64,000 nt of DNA from Eledone cirrhosa (GCA_964016885.1 OZ024753.1:11842001-11906000); one strand, 5' to 3'. Positions 1-11,817 are shown, numbered from the stretch's first letter. Numbers and translations are program-made. The notes: generated by a model not told the origin, from the sequence alone.

Positions 1-1
1 A

Positions 2-64
2 GTATCTTGGTCAGCCTATGAAATGTTTCAGCCGAGCCTCGTACATCTAATGACGCTTCTTCAG
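2..64 (+). CDS. possible 3' part of a host coding exon
   Basis: Frame 2 is open (VSWSAYEMFQPSLVHLMTLLQ) and ends at CAG|GTAACT, a donor-like site, followed by AT-rich sequence. No homology recognised. Confidence 0.2.
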
Positions 65-904
65 GTAACTGTATATTATATGCAATAATGAATTCTTTCT
101 GCACATGTTTTCAACTGCCCCCCGTGGCCCAAAAAGATATAAAATCAAAAATGAAAAATTATAAATTATTATTTTGTATATAACCACTGCATTGTTCAGA
201 ATGTGAATGAAACCAAAATAGTATTAATTTATTTTCTTTGGACCAAAGCAACAAATATATTTGAATAACTCGAACTTGTTTAATCTTGGTGAATTGAAAT
301 TTATATCCTGTTGAAATAATACTTTATAATAGTTATAAAATAAAGTCTGTTTGAATTGTTTATGAATCAATTAAAACAATTATCAAATTTGAAGAAATTG
401 AAATGGAGATAGCAAGGTGGTATTATTTTCTATAATTTTGCACATTTATTACGTTTTTAATGATATTTCACAAGGCAGAATACAAAGTAATTGGAATCTT
501 TGGAAAGAAACAAAAACAAAGAAATTCCGAGCAAAGTAAGAAAACAACAAAAACATGTTTTACGATCTTCATAGCAACTGGCTAGTTCTAGAATTAATCT
601 TTAAAGACAGACGAAAAGAAATTCTAATGAAATATCCCTTGTCATATAAAAAAAAAAATCGTTGGCATTTGTCTGTAAACAAAATCCGAAACAAATACGA
701 ACAAAAAACGTATTGTATCTTTATTCACAGATGGTTATATAATGATTTACAAATTAACAAAACAACAACACTGTTGTTTTCAATGTGAGCGATGATTTTG
801 TAAAAACGGCATAAGACTTGGACAAAAGATCTTGCAGTATCTAGTTAAAGTCTGAGTTCTATGTTCAAAGCTATTAGTAAATTTTATCTGATATAAATCA
901 GTCA

Positions 905-1520
905 TGAGAGGCTGTGAATTAGTAGAGGCACTAGAACGTCGGATAGAATGCTGAGCGGTATTTGTCTCGGCTCTCTGAGTTCTAAGTCTGTCGAGATCAA
1001 CTATGTTTTCATCCATGCGAGGTCGATAATATAAAATATCAGTCCAGTTCTGGGGTCGATTCTTTCTCCATATTTCTTTCTCATTTCCATTCTCTCCCTC
1101 TCTGTCTCTCTTTCCCTCTCTCTCTCTATCTCTCACTCACTGTCTCCTTCAGTATAGATATATGGAGGTCAACTTTCCCGTTCATCCATTCGAGGTCGAT
1201 ATAAAATGTACCAGTCAAGTACTGAGGTCGATTCTTCCTCCATATTTCTTTCTCATTTCCATTCTCTCCCTCTCTATCCCTCTCTCTCTCTCTATCTCTC
1301 ACTCACCGTCTCCTTCAGTATAAATATGGAGGTCAATATAAAATGTACCAGTCAAGTACTGGGTCGATTCTTCCTCCATATTTCTTTCTCATCTCCATTC
1401 TTTCCCTCTCTCTCTCGCTCTCACTCACTGTCTCCTTCAGTATAAATATGGAGGTCAACTTTCCCGTTCATTCATTCGAGGTCGATATAAAATGTACCAG
1501 TCAAGTACTGGAGTCGATGA
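905..1520 (+). mobile_element. tRNA-derived SINE with tandem partial duplications and CT-rich spacers
   Basis: Degenerate head, then central motif gaggtcaactttcc..catccattcgaggtcgatataaaatgtaccagtcaagtactg repeated near 1165, 1330 and 1450. Confidence 0.7.
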
Positions 1521-1944
1521 TTCTTCTATAACTCTTTCTCAGTTACATTCTCTCCCTCTCTATCTTCCCTTGAAAGAAGGTTTTTGTACTCAGACCTAGA
1601 GAGGCGATGGGTTTCGTCAGGTTTAAAACATTCCCTAGAAATGTATGTCAACACACGGCCAACCACTTCCTCAGGTGTTACGGCACCAGACAGGCATACA
1701 ATCGAGACATGAATGTTAAGAAATACCAACTAATCTGTGTATATACTCGACAGTTCTTTTTTATTCATTGCGTCAAATACTTAAAGTTTGATTATATGTA
1801 CATGGTTATTATAGAGTGTGTATGTTGTTTGTATTGAGTGAAATGCACTTAATACTGTCCATAAATATTAGAAAGTGTTAAGATACTGTAGGACATATAG
1901 ACATATCGCTGATAGTATATATAGAGACATGAAATTAGCACTAT

Positions 1945-1978
<34 letters not shown>

Positions 1979-2017
1979 ATTATATATATAATATATATAT
2001 ATATTATATATATATAT

Positions 2018-2059
<42 letters not shown>

Positions 2060-2140
2060 ATATATATATATATATAATCATTATCGAGCCCTCTTAGGAT
2101 TTTACTCTTCACATTTATTATTACAATAAATATATATATA

Positions 2141-2205
2141 TATTTTATCTGATGAAAGCGCACCATAATTTGCTTTGGTGTCCTTGAAATATGTATAATG
2201 AAATA
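2141..2205 (+). ncRNA. minimal type I hammerhead ribozyme (family A)
   Basis: tattttat-CTGATGA-aag..cacca/tggtg..ctt-GAAA-tatgta-TA-atgaaata; 8-bp stem I with one GU pair. Confidence 0.75.
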
Positions 2206-2340
2206 AATATTGTTTTATAAATATAGTTTCCATTTATTAATATATTGTATTTTTACTCCAAACATTTGTTGAGTGCTTTATATCAGTTATAATAATATTT
2301 GCTTGTTGTATCCCAACAAATTAAATATAACTACATTATA
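2141..2340 (+). mobile_element. solo pseudo-LTR-like element (family A) between (TA)n tracts
   Basis: Sequence downstream of the ribozyme matches the reverse complement of 19970-20175 and 4840-4940. Confidence 0.65.
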
Positions 2341-2936
2341 TATATATATATAGAGAGAGAGAGGAAGTTATAGTTCACTTGAAGCATTGTGTAATGAGGT
2401 ATAAACGTTTGTATTTGTAAAGCCAAAACAATGCAGGTATAGACATAGAATAAAAATGCAAATGCAAAAGATAGTTGACAATTAGTCTTTTCCTTAAATT
2501 TATTTAAATGTCCTTAATTTTCGAGATAATATCTCTTCTTCGGAGAGAAGTAAAGTGGTTAAACCAGTGTTCTAAATAGCTTGCCAAGTAATGCTGACAG
2601 GAAATGGTATAGAGTATCTGTTCTATCTCTAATGTCAAAGAGTTAAGGTTAGGTGGATAAAGAGTAGTCTCCCTTTAAAAGGGATTTTGTACAATTATGT
2701 TTTAGTGTGTGGGAGAATAAGTGAAGGTGTAAGTATGTGTGTGTGTGTTTGAGTGTGAGAAGATATGTCTATACGTAAATGTGGGGGATAGATTCTCTCT
2801 CGTGTTACAACTGGTCTTTGTGTGTGTATGTGTGAGAGAATAAGTGGAGGTGTAAGCGTGTGCGAGTGCGTGTGTGTGCGTGTGTGGGTGAGCGTGTGTG
2901 TGAGAGGGGGGTGTAAATATGGGGCTAGAAGCTCTA

Positions 2937-4135
2937 TCACGTTATAAATTGGGTGTTGAGTTCTAGTCTATTATTGATTGGTGGTTGTGTTTTGTCTATA
3001 ATTAGTGCTTCCTTAATTCTAAGATCGCCGAGGTATCTTTCCTTAGTTTCTATCCTAAATGTTATGGTTTTGTCGGTGTTTTTGCATTTCACTAGGTTTT
3101 TCTTAAATGATGAAGCGTTAGTATTGAGGTCTTCTTTTATTCTTATGTGAAGTGGTCTGGTGGTGCTACCTACGTAGAAGTTGCTGCATTTGTCGCACTC
3201 TAGTCTGTATACGACGTAAGCCTGGTGGCATAGGTCTGTGTCGTTGATAGGGCAGTTGGCTAGCCTGCAGCGGTTGTCATGTCTGGTGGAGTGTCTTTTG
3301 GTTAGCTGTCCGCGTAGAGAAGGTCCTAAGTGAGCTAGTTGGATATCTAGTCCCTCTCGTCTGATGGCTCTGCGGATGGCTGTTGTTTCGTCACTGAAGT
3401 GTGGGATCTTCAGGAAGCAAGTGTTAGTGCCTCGGGTGTGGTGTCCTCTGTTCTTTCTGGCACGGTTTGTGGTGGATGTCGGGTATGCGTTCAGTTTGAG
3501 TACTTCCAGGAAATGTGTGTCTCGGTCTCTAGCGTCGGTGCATTTGTTCTGGATACGTGTTAGTTCGTTCCTTATGTATCCGAACTTAGCGCCGGCTGAG
3601 AGGGCCGATCTGAAATGTACGAACAGGTCCCTGATGGCAGCTTTTTTATAGAAGCAGGTGTGGATATTGCCTTCATCTATTACCCTAAGTTGGAAGTCCA
3701 GTAGGGATAGGGATCTGCGGTCATTGGGGTGTTCCATGCTGAACTTTATACTGGCGTACATGCTGGAGAATGTTGTGTATATTTTATCCGCCTCCTCACA
3801 GGATGATGTAAGGATGAGTATGTCATCTACATATCGGGTGAAGAAGGTACGAGAATGGCAGGTGTTGAGGGCTCGGCATTCTAGCTGGTTCATATAGGTG
3901 ATGGCCAGCAGGCCCAATCCCATGGGTAATCCTGTTGTCTGTATGTATGTGTGGTGGTGGAAGGTGAAGTACGTGTTGTCCACCGTAAAGGACAAAAGCT
4001 GGTGTATGTCCCTCGGATGTACAGTGGATGTCCTCTGCGACCACGCAGTCCCTTAATAAATCGACAGCTGGATGAGCGGGGACTAGTGTAGAGACAACGT
4101 CGAGGCTAAAGGCGTATCTATTTAATTTAAGTTGT
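2937..4135 (-). pseudogene. Penelope-like retroelement, RT plus C-terminal GIY-YIG endonuclease, 5'-truncated
   Basis: ORF 2937-3995 has QTTGLPMG, FTRYVDD, SLSLLDF, YKK, a Cys linker CRLANC..C and YVVYRLECDKCSNFYVGSTTRPLHIRIKE..KEALII..PPINNR. An upstream frameshifted AFSLDVVS motif lies near 4095-4120. Confidence 0.92.
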
Positions 4136-4189
4136 TCTGGCTGGAGAGAGAGAGCGAGAAAAAGTGTGTGCGTGGGTCATCGGTAACTA

Positions 4190-4510
4190 CTGAGTCGCAG
4201 GTTTTATATCGGAGTTATCCCAGTTTCCTAAGTTGCCTTCTCCTAGAAGAATGTCCTGACAAAGGCTATGGCGCTTTCACTCCCAGTGTTTAACCGCGCG
4301 GTGCATGTGTATATACATATTTACACACTTTCGGATGGCCGTTGACCCTTATTTCTTCTGCCCTTTGTCAGGTTTTGCTTTTTGTCATGCAGGTGTCTAA
4401 AATCACCCTGCTCACAAAGTAAAGTTGGTGGGTTGCCGGTTTAGTCGCCGACGACCCGACATGTTGTACTAGGTTTCATGTTACCAGTAGCACTCAAGAA
4501 TGACCCGACA
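4190..4510 (-). mobile_element. non-autonomous repeat resembling an RTE LINE 5' UTR
   Basis: Homologous to 14490-14776 and 29960-30130; minus strand carries ggcgactaaaccggcaacccacc and ctaggagaagg. RTE assignment is from recalled motif similarity. Confidence 0.55.
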
Positions 4511-4634
4511 TTATATATTTATATATATATATATATATATATATACTGAAGTAAATGTTAAGTGGAAATATCGAAGAATTAGAGCATTTGGTCCATAAGA
4601 CGAGTTTAGTATAAATAATTACAACAGTGACAAA

Positions 4635-4682
4635 CAGGGACTTAAGTTTCGTTGAGTTCTGGGCCTCAATTCATTCAGCTTG
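4635..4682 (-). ncRNA. hammerhead ribozyme variant (family B, CUGAAUGA core)
   Basis: caag-CTGAATGA-a-ttgag/ctcaa-c-GAAA-cttaag-TC-cctg. Confidence 0.6.
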
Positions 4683-4734
4683 TCATGAGAACAGCAGAAA
4701 AGACCTTGGTTCTTTGTTTTTATTTTTCTCATGA

Positions 4735-4783
4735 AAGGCTGAATGAATTGGGGCCCAGAAACCCAACGAAACTTGAGTACCTG
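4735..4783 (+). ncRNA. hammerhead ribozyme variant (family B, CUGAAUGA core)
   Basis: agg-CTGAATGA-a-ttggg/cccaa-c-GAAA-cttgag-TA-cct. Confidence 0.62.
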
Positions 4784-4801
4784 TTTATGTCACTGCTGTA
4801 A

Positions 4802-4834
<33 letters not shown>

Positions 4835-4874
4835 CCATGATATGAATAAATGGAAACTATATTTATAAAACCAT

Positions 4875-4939
4875 ATTTATATTATATTTATTTCAAGGGC
4901 CACCAAAGCAACTTTGGTGTGCTTTCATCAGATAAAATA
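4875..4939 (-). ncRNA. minimal hammerhead ribozyme (family A)
   Basis: tattttat-CTGATGA-aag..caccaaag/ctttggtg..ctt-GAAA-taaata-TA-atataaat. Confidence 0.7.
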
Positions 4940-5055
4940 CAAAGATTGTTTTATAAATAAAGACGTACCCATGAAAATCGAACCTTATCAGCCCCGATAA
5001 GGTTCGATTTTCATGGGTATCTCTTTATTTATAAAAGCCCACCAAGGTTGCCCTT

Positions 5056-5089
<34 letters not shown>

Positions 5090-5090
5090 G

Positions 5091-5140
<50 letters not shown>

Positions 5141-5312
5141 GACTTTTTTGTTGGTTGATAAAAGTGGTAGTTCTAATAGTATTAACATCAGTATCCAGAT
5201 GACATCTCACAGATCCGAAAAATATTAATCATTAATAAATATACAACATATTACAAAAACAAAGCAAAAAATAAAGCAAAAAGCCGTATAATCGTTCACG
5301 GAATTTTTCATT

Positions 5313-6545
5313 ATGGATTGGCAGTATCGGTAGAGGGTCGGACGCCATGCTTTGCAGCACAGTTACGTCCCTTTGCGGACTGAGTTCAAATCTCGCCGAG
5401 GTTAACTTTGCCTTTCATCCTTCAGGGGTCGATAAAATAAAGTACCAGTAATGAACTGGGATAATTGCTGGCCTGGTGCCAAAAGTAGAAACAATTATTG
5501 CCATTCTGACTTCAAATCCCGCCGAGGTTAACTTTGCCTTTCATCCTTACGGGGTCGATAAAATAAAGTACCAGTAATGTACTGGGATAATTGCTGGCCT
5601 TGTGCCAAAAGTAGAAACAATTATTATTATCATAAGTAAAACTATAGGTAGGTAATGTGTCTATGATTCTCTTCTCTTGTTATCGTGTTCAATCAAAGTG
5701 ACAACCCAAATACAAGCGACTGGAAACTTTGAAAATGAAATATGTCAGATTTGATTTTTCCTGCTACCGATACCTTAACGACAAAATTCACCTGTGTACA
5801 TGTATTTTTTGTTTACATTTTATTTTCATTGATTTTATTTTCATTGATTTTGTTGACATTTCTTTTTTTTTTGCGGGGTGGGGAGAGAACGGGCTATATT
5901 TGGAAATGTTTACGTATCTTTCGAATTCCCGGTCCATCTTTCCATTATTATTTTATGGATTGGCAGTATCGGTAGAGGGTCGGACGCTATGCTTTGACGC
6001 ACAGAGTTACGGTCCTTGTCATTCTGAGTTCGAATCCCGCCGAGGTTAACTTTGCCTTTCATCCTTACGGGGTCGATAAAATAAAGTACCAGTAATGTAC
6101 TGGTGTTATTGCTGGCCTTGTGCCAAACAGTAGAAACATTTTATTATTTGCAGTGGATTGACAGTATCGGTAAAGGGTCGGACGCCATGCTTTGCAGCAA
6201 AGAGTTACGGTCCTTTATGGTCCGAGTTCAAATCCCGCCGAGGTTAACTTTGCTTTTCATCCTTACGGGTGGGGTGGGGGGGGGGGTCGATAAAATAAAG
6301 TATCGGTAACACACTGAGTTAATTGCAGGCCTTGTACCAAAAGTAAAAACAATTATTTTATTATTTGCAACATAGAGTTACGGCCCTTTATGATCCGAGT
6401 TCAAATCCTGCCGATGTTAGCTTTGCCTTTCATCCTTACGGGGTAGATAAAAGAAAGTATCAGTCACGCACTGGGGTCGATTTAATCGACTTTCCCCCTC
6501 CCCCAAAATTGCTGGCCTTGTGCCTATATAAGAAACCATTATTTT
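5313..6545 (+). mobile_element. cluster of about five head-to-tail tRNA-derived SINE copies
   Basis: Repeated tggattggcagtatcggtagagggtcggacgccatgc..gagttcaaatcccgccgaggttaactttgcctttcatccttacggggtcgataaaataaagtaccagt..ggccttgtgcc..gtagaaac at ~5313, 5510, 5955, 6155 and 6370; A and B box-like motifs present. Confidence 0.85.
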
Positions 6546-6576
6546 ATTTTCATAACATCATTTTTATTTTCTAAAT

Positions 6577-6860
6577 AAGTCATGGGCAACCTGCGGTTCG
6601 CGTATCTTTCTGAATTGCTCACCTAAGTGAAATCTTTCCGATTTTTTTTTACCCCTAATTTTCAGTTGTAATTTATCTGTCTATCATTTTTACGATCGAG
6701 GAAAACAACTTGTACGAATTCTGAAGATACAAATCAAAACAACCCGAGTTGCCGCTCTTCGTTTTAATCTCGGCACAAACGTAAATTAGCGCCTGCGGCC
6801 CGCCTGATGAAGAGCCATATCTCACGCGGCCCGCTTCTCGAAAAAGTTTGCCCATGCCTG
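6577..6860. mobile_element. hAT-type MITE (family 1)
   Basis: Ends aagtcatgggcaa / ttgcccatgcctg, subterminal gcggcccgc motifs, perfect 8-bp TSD ttctaaat (6569-6576 and 6861-6868). Confidence 0.88.
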
Positions 6861-7222
6861 TTCTAAATCATCGGCTACTTGTTCTGAGTCTCGCTCATTC
6901 ACTTCTATTCCTTTTGTATTTTCATCCATCTATACATCTTCACTTTCACCCTGTTATGATCATTTTTGTCATGTCGAACGTCTATTGAATTTCATACTTT
7001 ATTTCTTCCACATTGTATTATTAAATAAAACGAATTTTTTTATTCAATCTTATACAGAAATGTCTTACTCCATGACATTAGACTTTGATTAAAATTTGTA
7101 AGTAAATAACTTTAATTATTTTCGTTGGTGTATTTTTCGAAACCGGGGAGCTTTGTGGGAAAGCATTTCAATCATTTTTATCTTGTAATTTTCTTTTCAG
7201 ACGTACAACGTTATCTTGATGA

Positions 7223-7335
7223 AGGCACGTGGCTGAGTGGGTAGAGAATAGGATTCGCAATCTGAGGTTGTGATTTCTATGCCCAGACCGGGCGATGCGT
7301 TATGTCCTTCAGCAAGACACTATTTCACGTTGCTC
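7223..7335 (+). mobile_element. tRNA-derived CORE-like SINE fragment
   Basis: ggcacgtggctgagtgggtagag head followed by tgtccttcagcaagacactatttcac. Confidence 0.6.
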
Positions 7336-7734
7336 CTTCTGCCTCGATGTGCGACCGACATATAGTACTAGCAAATGGAAAGACCAATGGAAACATTTTT
7401 TCCGATTCGACAGGCTCCACCCCACTTGTTAAGCGAATGATGTCTGGGACCTTGGTGATCGGCTGTCGAATGTTACCTTAAAATATCATATGAACATTTT
7501 CACTGCAATTTGTATTCGCAGCCATACCTTCTGTATACAGTGGGGGCATGCTCCTATTACACCATAGTGTAACTTTCAGTTTTTATAATCTTTTATCAGT
7601 TAGCCAGGCAGAAATATATATAAACAATTGTTAAATTAATAAGAAAGTAATTACATAAGTAATTACTGTGGAACAATGTTTTATTGAATATGGCGTGTAT
7701 CATTATTTCGAATTCTATCTATCTAGGGCGGGTA

Positions 7735-8140
7735 AAATTCCCGAGATCCATGAACGAGTTCTCTCCAGCGGTCTCTGACCCTCATTATCGCTGCCATGTC
7801 CTGCGTCTCCGAGAGACCTGTGTTTCCTTAGGGCATCAACATATGTCAACTCCGGTCTCCCTCTACTAGTGTGTCCGTGTAGGGGCTCCCACAGGAGCAT
7901 TGAGTGCATTGTCAACTCTGAATGTCGGTGAACATGTCCAGCTAACCCCATTCCCTTCGGTGTTATTTTGAGTTGACCATTGGGAGGCTCCAGTACAGCT
8001 CTGAGTTCTTCATCCTCAGTGTATACTGTTCAGAGTCATCATCAGCATTCTCATGTAGCACCCATCCACCATCTGTGTGAGTTTCTTGGTCAGTATCCAG
8101 GTACCAGACCTGTACAGTAGCACAGACACCACTGTAGTAA
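7735..8140 (-). pseudogene. RTE-clade LINE 3' fragment
   Basis: SVLLY..TWILTKK..DGCYMRML, then GLAGHVHRH..LLWEPLHGHTSRGRPELTYVDAL, the typical RTE C-terminus. Confidence 0.8.
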
Positions 8141-8429
8141 AGAATTCTGCTAGGAAATAATTTCTTCCACTTTTATTGCTGAAAACCTTAGAAAATAGTT
8201 GAGCTTCGCAACTGATATCTACTCCTTCTCTGAAGCCAATATTTGTAAACCAAATACTTTAATATGTTCTATTTATTTAATAAACGATAACAGAAAAGTT
8301 GTTATGTGTTTGGTTGTATTCATTTCTGTTGGGGGAATAAAGCATTACTTCTTTGATGTTAAACTCCGCTAGTTGCAGACTGCGCATCAGCATGAGATAT
8401 TTTTCTCCACAAAGTTCGATCAACAACAG

Positions 8430-8930
8430 CAGAGTTTAAAGAGAAATATCAAGTCCAGTCTATAGGTTGACATTGTCAAGCCATCATTTTGGCTGCCGGC
8501 CTCTACTTCTCTTACCAGCCAACCTTCCTTCCAGGAATATATAACTGTTTCTACTTTTGGCACAAGGCCAGCAACATTACTGGTACTTTATTTTATCGAC
8601 CCCGTAAGGATGAAAAGCAAAATACCTTTCGATTACCAGCAGCAGAGTTTAAAGAGCAAAGTCCAAGTCCAGTCCATAAGTTGACATTGTCAAGCCATCA
8701 TTTTGGCTACCCGCCTCTGCTTCTCCTACCAGCAAACCTTCCTTCCAGGCATAACCTACTCACACCATGAGCTGATCTTTTTATATGGCCATATAGTTTG
8801 AGTACTCTTGACTTGACAATTGATGTAATTGGTCTAAGTCTGGTAATGTTGAGCGGCCCACTGATACAGATACGGTTGCCGAGTCGCTTGTCAGTCATAA
8901 GTCCCATGAAGTGGTTCTGGAATGTAGAGA
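8430..8930 (-). pseudogene. second RTE-like LINE 3' fragment with partial duplication and a SINE piece
   Basis: LKLYGHIKRS..LCLEGRFAGRRSRG in ORF 8707-8907; 8430-8535 duplicates 8640-8750. Confidence 0.65.
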
Positions 8931-8971
8931 GCTTAGGTTACGTGAGTCTATTAGTGGTGGTATGACTATAG

Positions 8972-9165
8972 CAGACATGTCAAACTGAGGGTCCCCCGGG
9001 GGCCACATGAGTCAGTTACGAGTTGTCTGAGTGTCACATATGACAACTAATTGCACACATTACAACTAATTTTTTTTTTTTAAATTTTATATTACGAAGA
9101 TAAAACATGCTCGCGCTGTAAAAACCTTTGTGCGGGCCGCAGTTGTGCTTGTAAAGGGCGGCGGG
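8972..9165. mobile_element. hAT-type MITE (family 2), right end lost in GA repeat
   Basis: Starts cagacatgtcaaac and is colinear with 56200-56412. Confidence 0.7.
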
Positions 9166-10130
9166 GAGGGGAGATAGAGGGTGGATAGAAGGGAGAGGAG
9201 AGGGAGGGGAGAGGGAGGGGAGAGGGAGGGGAGAGGGAGGGGAGAGAGAGAGAGGGAGGGGGAGAGAGAGAGAGGGGGGAGAGAGAGAGGGGGGAGAGAG
9301 AGAGAGAGAGGGGGAGAGAGAGAGAGGGGGGGGGGAGAGAGAGAGAGGGGATAGAGGAGAGAGAGAAGAGAGAGGGGATAGAGAGGGGAGATAGAGAGGG
9401 GGAGAGAGAGAGAGGGGAGAGAGAGAGAGGGGGAGAGAGAGAGAGAGGGGAGAGAGGATAGAGAGAGAGAGAGGATAGAGAGAAGATAGAGAGAAGATAG
9501 AGAGAGGATAGAGAGAGAGGATAGAGAGAGAGGATAGAGAGAGAGGATAGAGAGAGAGGATAGAGAGAGAGGATAGAGAGAGAGGATAGAGAGAGAGAGG
9601 AGAGAGAGAGGGGAGAGAGAGAGAGAGGAGAGAGGAGAGAGAGAGATGAGAGAGAGAGGAGAGAGGAGAGAGAGAGGAGAGAGGAGAGAGAGAGGAGAGA
9701 GGAGAGAGGAGAGAGAGGAGAGATAGAGAGGAGAGAGAGGAGAGATAGAGAGGAGAGAGAGAGAGGAGAGAGGAGAGAGAGGGGAGAGAGAGAGGGGTGA
9801 GAGAGAGGGGTGAGATAGAGGGGAGAGAGAGGGGAGAGAGAGGGGAGAGAGAGGGGAGAGAGAGGGGAGAGAGATAGAGAGGGGGAGGGAGAGAGAGGGA
9901 GGGAAGGGAGAGAGAGGGGATAGAGAGGGGCATGAGAGGGGAGAGAGATAAAGAGATAGAGAGAGAAAGAAAGGGAGAGAAAGAAAGGGAGAGAAAGAGA
10001 GGGAGAGAAAGATAGGGAGAGAAAGATAGGGAGAGAGGGAGAGGGAGAGAAAGAGAGGGAGCGAAAGAGAGGGAGAGAAAGAGAAAGAGAGGGAGAGAAA
10101 GAGAGGGAGAGAAAGAGAAAAGGATAGAGA
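9166..10130. repeat. purine-rich (GA)n / GGAGA compound microsatellite
   Basis: Direct reading. Confidence 0.95.
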
Positions 10131-10503
10131 GTAAGCTGTGTATTTATATATATATATATATGTGTGTGTGTATATATATATGTGTGTGTCTGTGTGTGTG
10201 TCTGTGTGAACAGTGTATATATATCACAGACACCAACACATATACACACACATATATACACACACACACATGTATACAAACAGATTTATATATACATACA
10301 TACACACGTATGTATATATATATATATATATACAAACATTTATATATACACACACACACGTATATATATGGGCCTTCCAGTTTCATTTCACATTATATAC
10401 ATGTCTGTGTATATTTTAATCATTTAAAAATCTTTAAGTGAACATGATTAAAAAAAACATATTTTGAAGTGAACGCGACCCAACGTATGACGGCTGGCCT
10501 GGT
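10130..10503 (+). mobile_element. non-autonomous Helitron-like element (family H2), decayed 3' end
   Basis: Homologous to 14030-14110 and 14890-15029; ends cgcgacccaacgtatgacg..ctggt. Confidence 0.55.
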
Positions 10504-10514
10504 TTTAAATAAAA

Positions 10515-10600
10515 GTGTCTTGCACAGAGACACAACGCGCCGCCGCCGTGAATCGAAACCACGACCTTACGATAGTAAGCAGAACATCCTAACCACAAAT
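10515..10600 (-). mobile_element. CORE-like SINE head fragment
   Basis: Reverse complement reads gtggttaggatg..ggtcgtggtttcgattc..gttgtgtctctgtgcaagacactt. Confidence 0.55.
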
Positions 10601-11223
10601 ACCAAAAGCACATGTGTCTACATATACGTATAACTATAAAAAGACACAGAGAAACGTTCGAACATACAAATACTTTAAGATCTGTCTACTATTCTCATGA
10701 CGCACCCACACATCTATACTGATAGAGGCTCACCAAACTAGGAATATCGTATATGAGTCATCAACAACTTCGCATTTCCTTTCTCAGCACGCCATTAGAT
10801 TTTTCCTGTACAAGACATGTCCAATATTTTCGTTTAGTGGAACTAATAAATGACATGTATTCCATGGCCGCTTGCATGTCTGTCAGTTTTCTACATTTTG
10901 ATCCCTATTTAAGATCTTATGCTCATCAATATAACTTTACAGAGAGTTCTATATCGAGGCTGACTTCATACCGCAGCTATGTCAATCACAGTTCTTGTCA
11001 AAGAGAACTTGTCCAGGAGAACACATTATTCTTTTCGTTGATGTTCGTTGTTCTACATTTCTTTATTAGCGATTGAATTTGATTTATATTGATCAGATTT
11101 ATGTTGCATTATGTCAAATATCTAAAGTCGTTAGAGCATAAGAGAAAATCTCATGAGGTTATTTGTTTCAGTTCAATACACAATACGTTCAAATCCCACC
11201 ATTGAATACTTGTCCTCTCGTTG

Positions 11224-11790
11224 TTTCAGATTTGATAAAATAACTAAAATATGAGCATCTGCCCAGACGTTTAGTGGTATATGTTTATATAACAGGGTTT
11301 CTGATTTGATAAAATAACAAAATATGAGCATCTGCCCAGACGTTTAGTGGTATATGTTTATATAACAGAGTTTCAGATTTGATAAAATAACTAAAATATG
11401 AGCATCTGCCCAGACGTTTAGTGGTATATGTTTATATAACAGGGTTTCTGATTTGATAAAATAACTAAAATATGAGCATCTGCCCAGACGTTTAGTGGTA
11501 TATGTTTATATAACAGAGTTTCAGATTTGATAAAATAACTAAAATATGAGCATCTGCCCAGACGTTTAGTGGTATATGTTTATATAACAGAGTTTCAGAT
11601 TTGATAAAATAACTAAAATATGAGCATCTGCCCAGACGTTTAGTGGTATATGTTTATATAACAGGGTTTCAGATTTGATAAAATAACTAAAATATGAGCA
11701 TCTGCCGAGACGTTATGTTATCAAATCAGAAACTCTGTTATATAAACATATACCACTAAACGTCTCGGCAGATACTCATATTTTAGTTTA
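11224..11790. repeat. 74-bp minisatellite, about 6.7 direct copies plus one inverted copy
   Basis: Unit tttcagatttgataaaataactaaaatatgagcatctgcccagacgtttagtggtatatgtttatataacaggg; inverted unit at ~11717-11790. Confidence 0.92.
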
Positions 11791-11817
11791 GTGGTTTTAG
11801 TGGTATATGTTTATATA

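Noticed and set aside
5313-6545. tRNA genes
   Set aside because: A and B box-like motifs belong to SINE heads; no cloverleaf is evident.
6800-6850. CTGATGA...GAAA inside the hAT MITE, also at ~16940-16985
   Set aside because: No convincing stem I, stem II or NUH; it lies in the subterminal region of a DNA transposon.
10753-11076. 107-aa ORF in non-repetitive sequence, and the 62-aa ORF at 63535-63723
   Set aside because: No recognisable domain or splice context; lengths are compatible with chance.
11224-11715. CRISPR-like periodicity
   Set aside because: Units are repeated along their whole length with no unique spacers; the context is eukaryotic and no cas genes are present.
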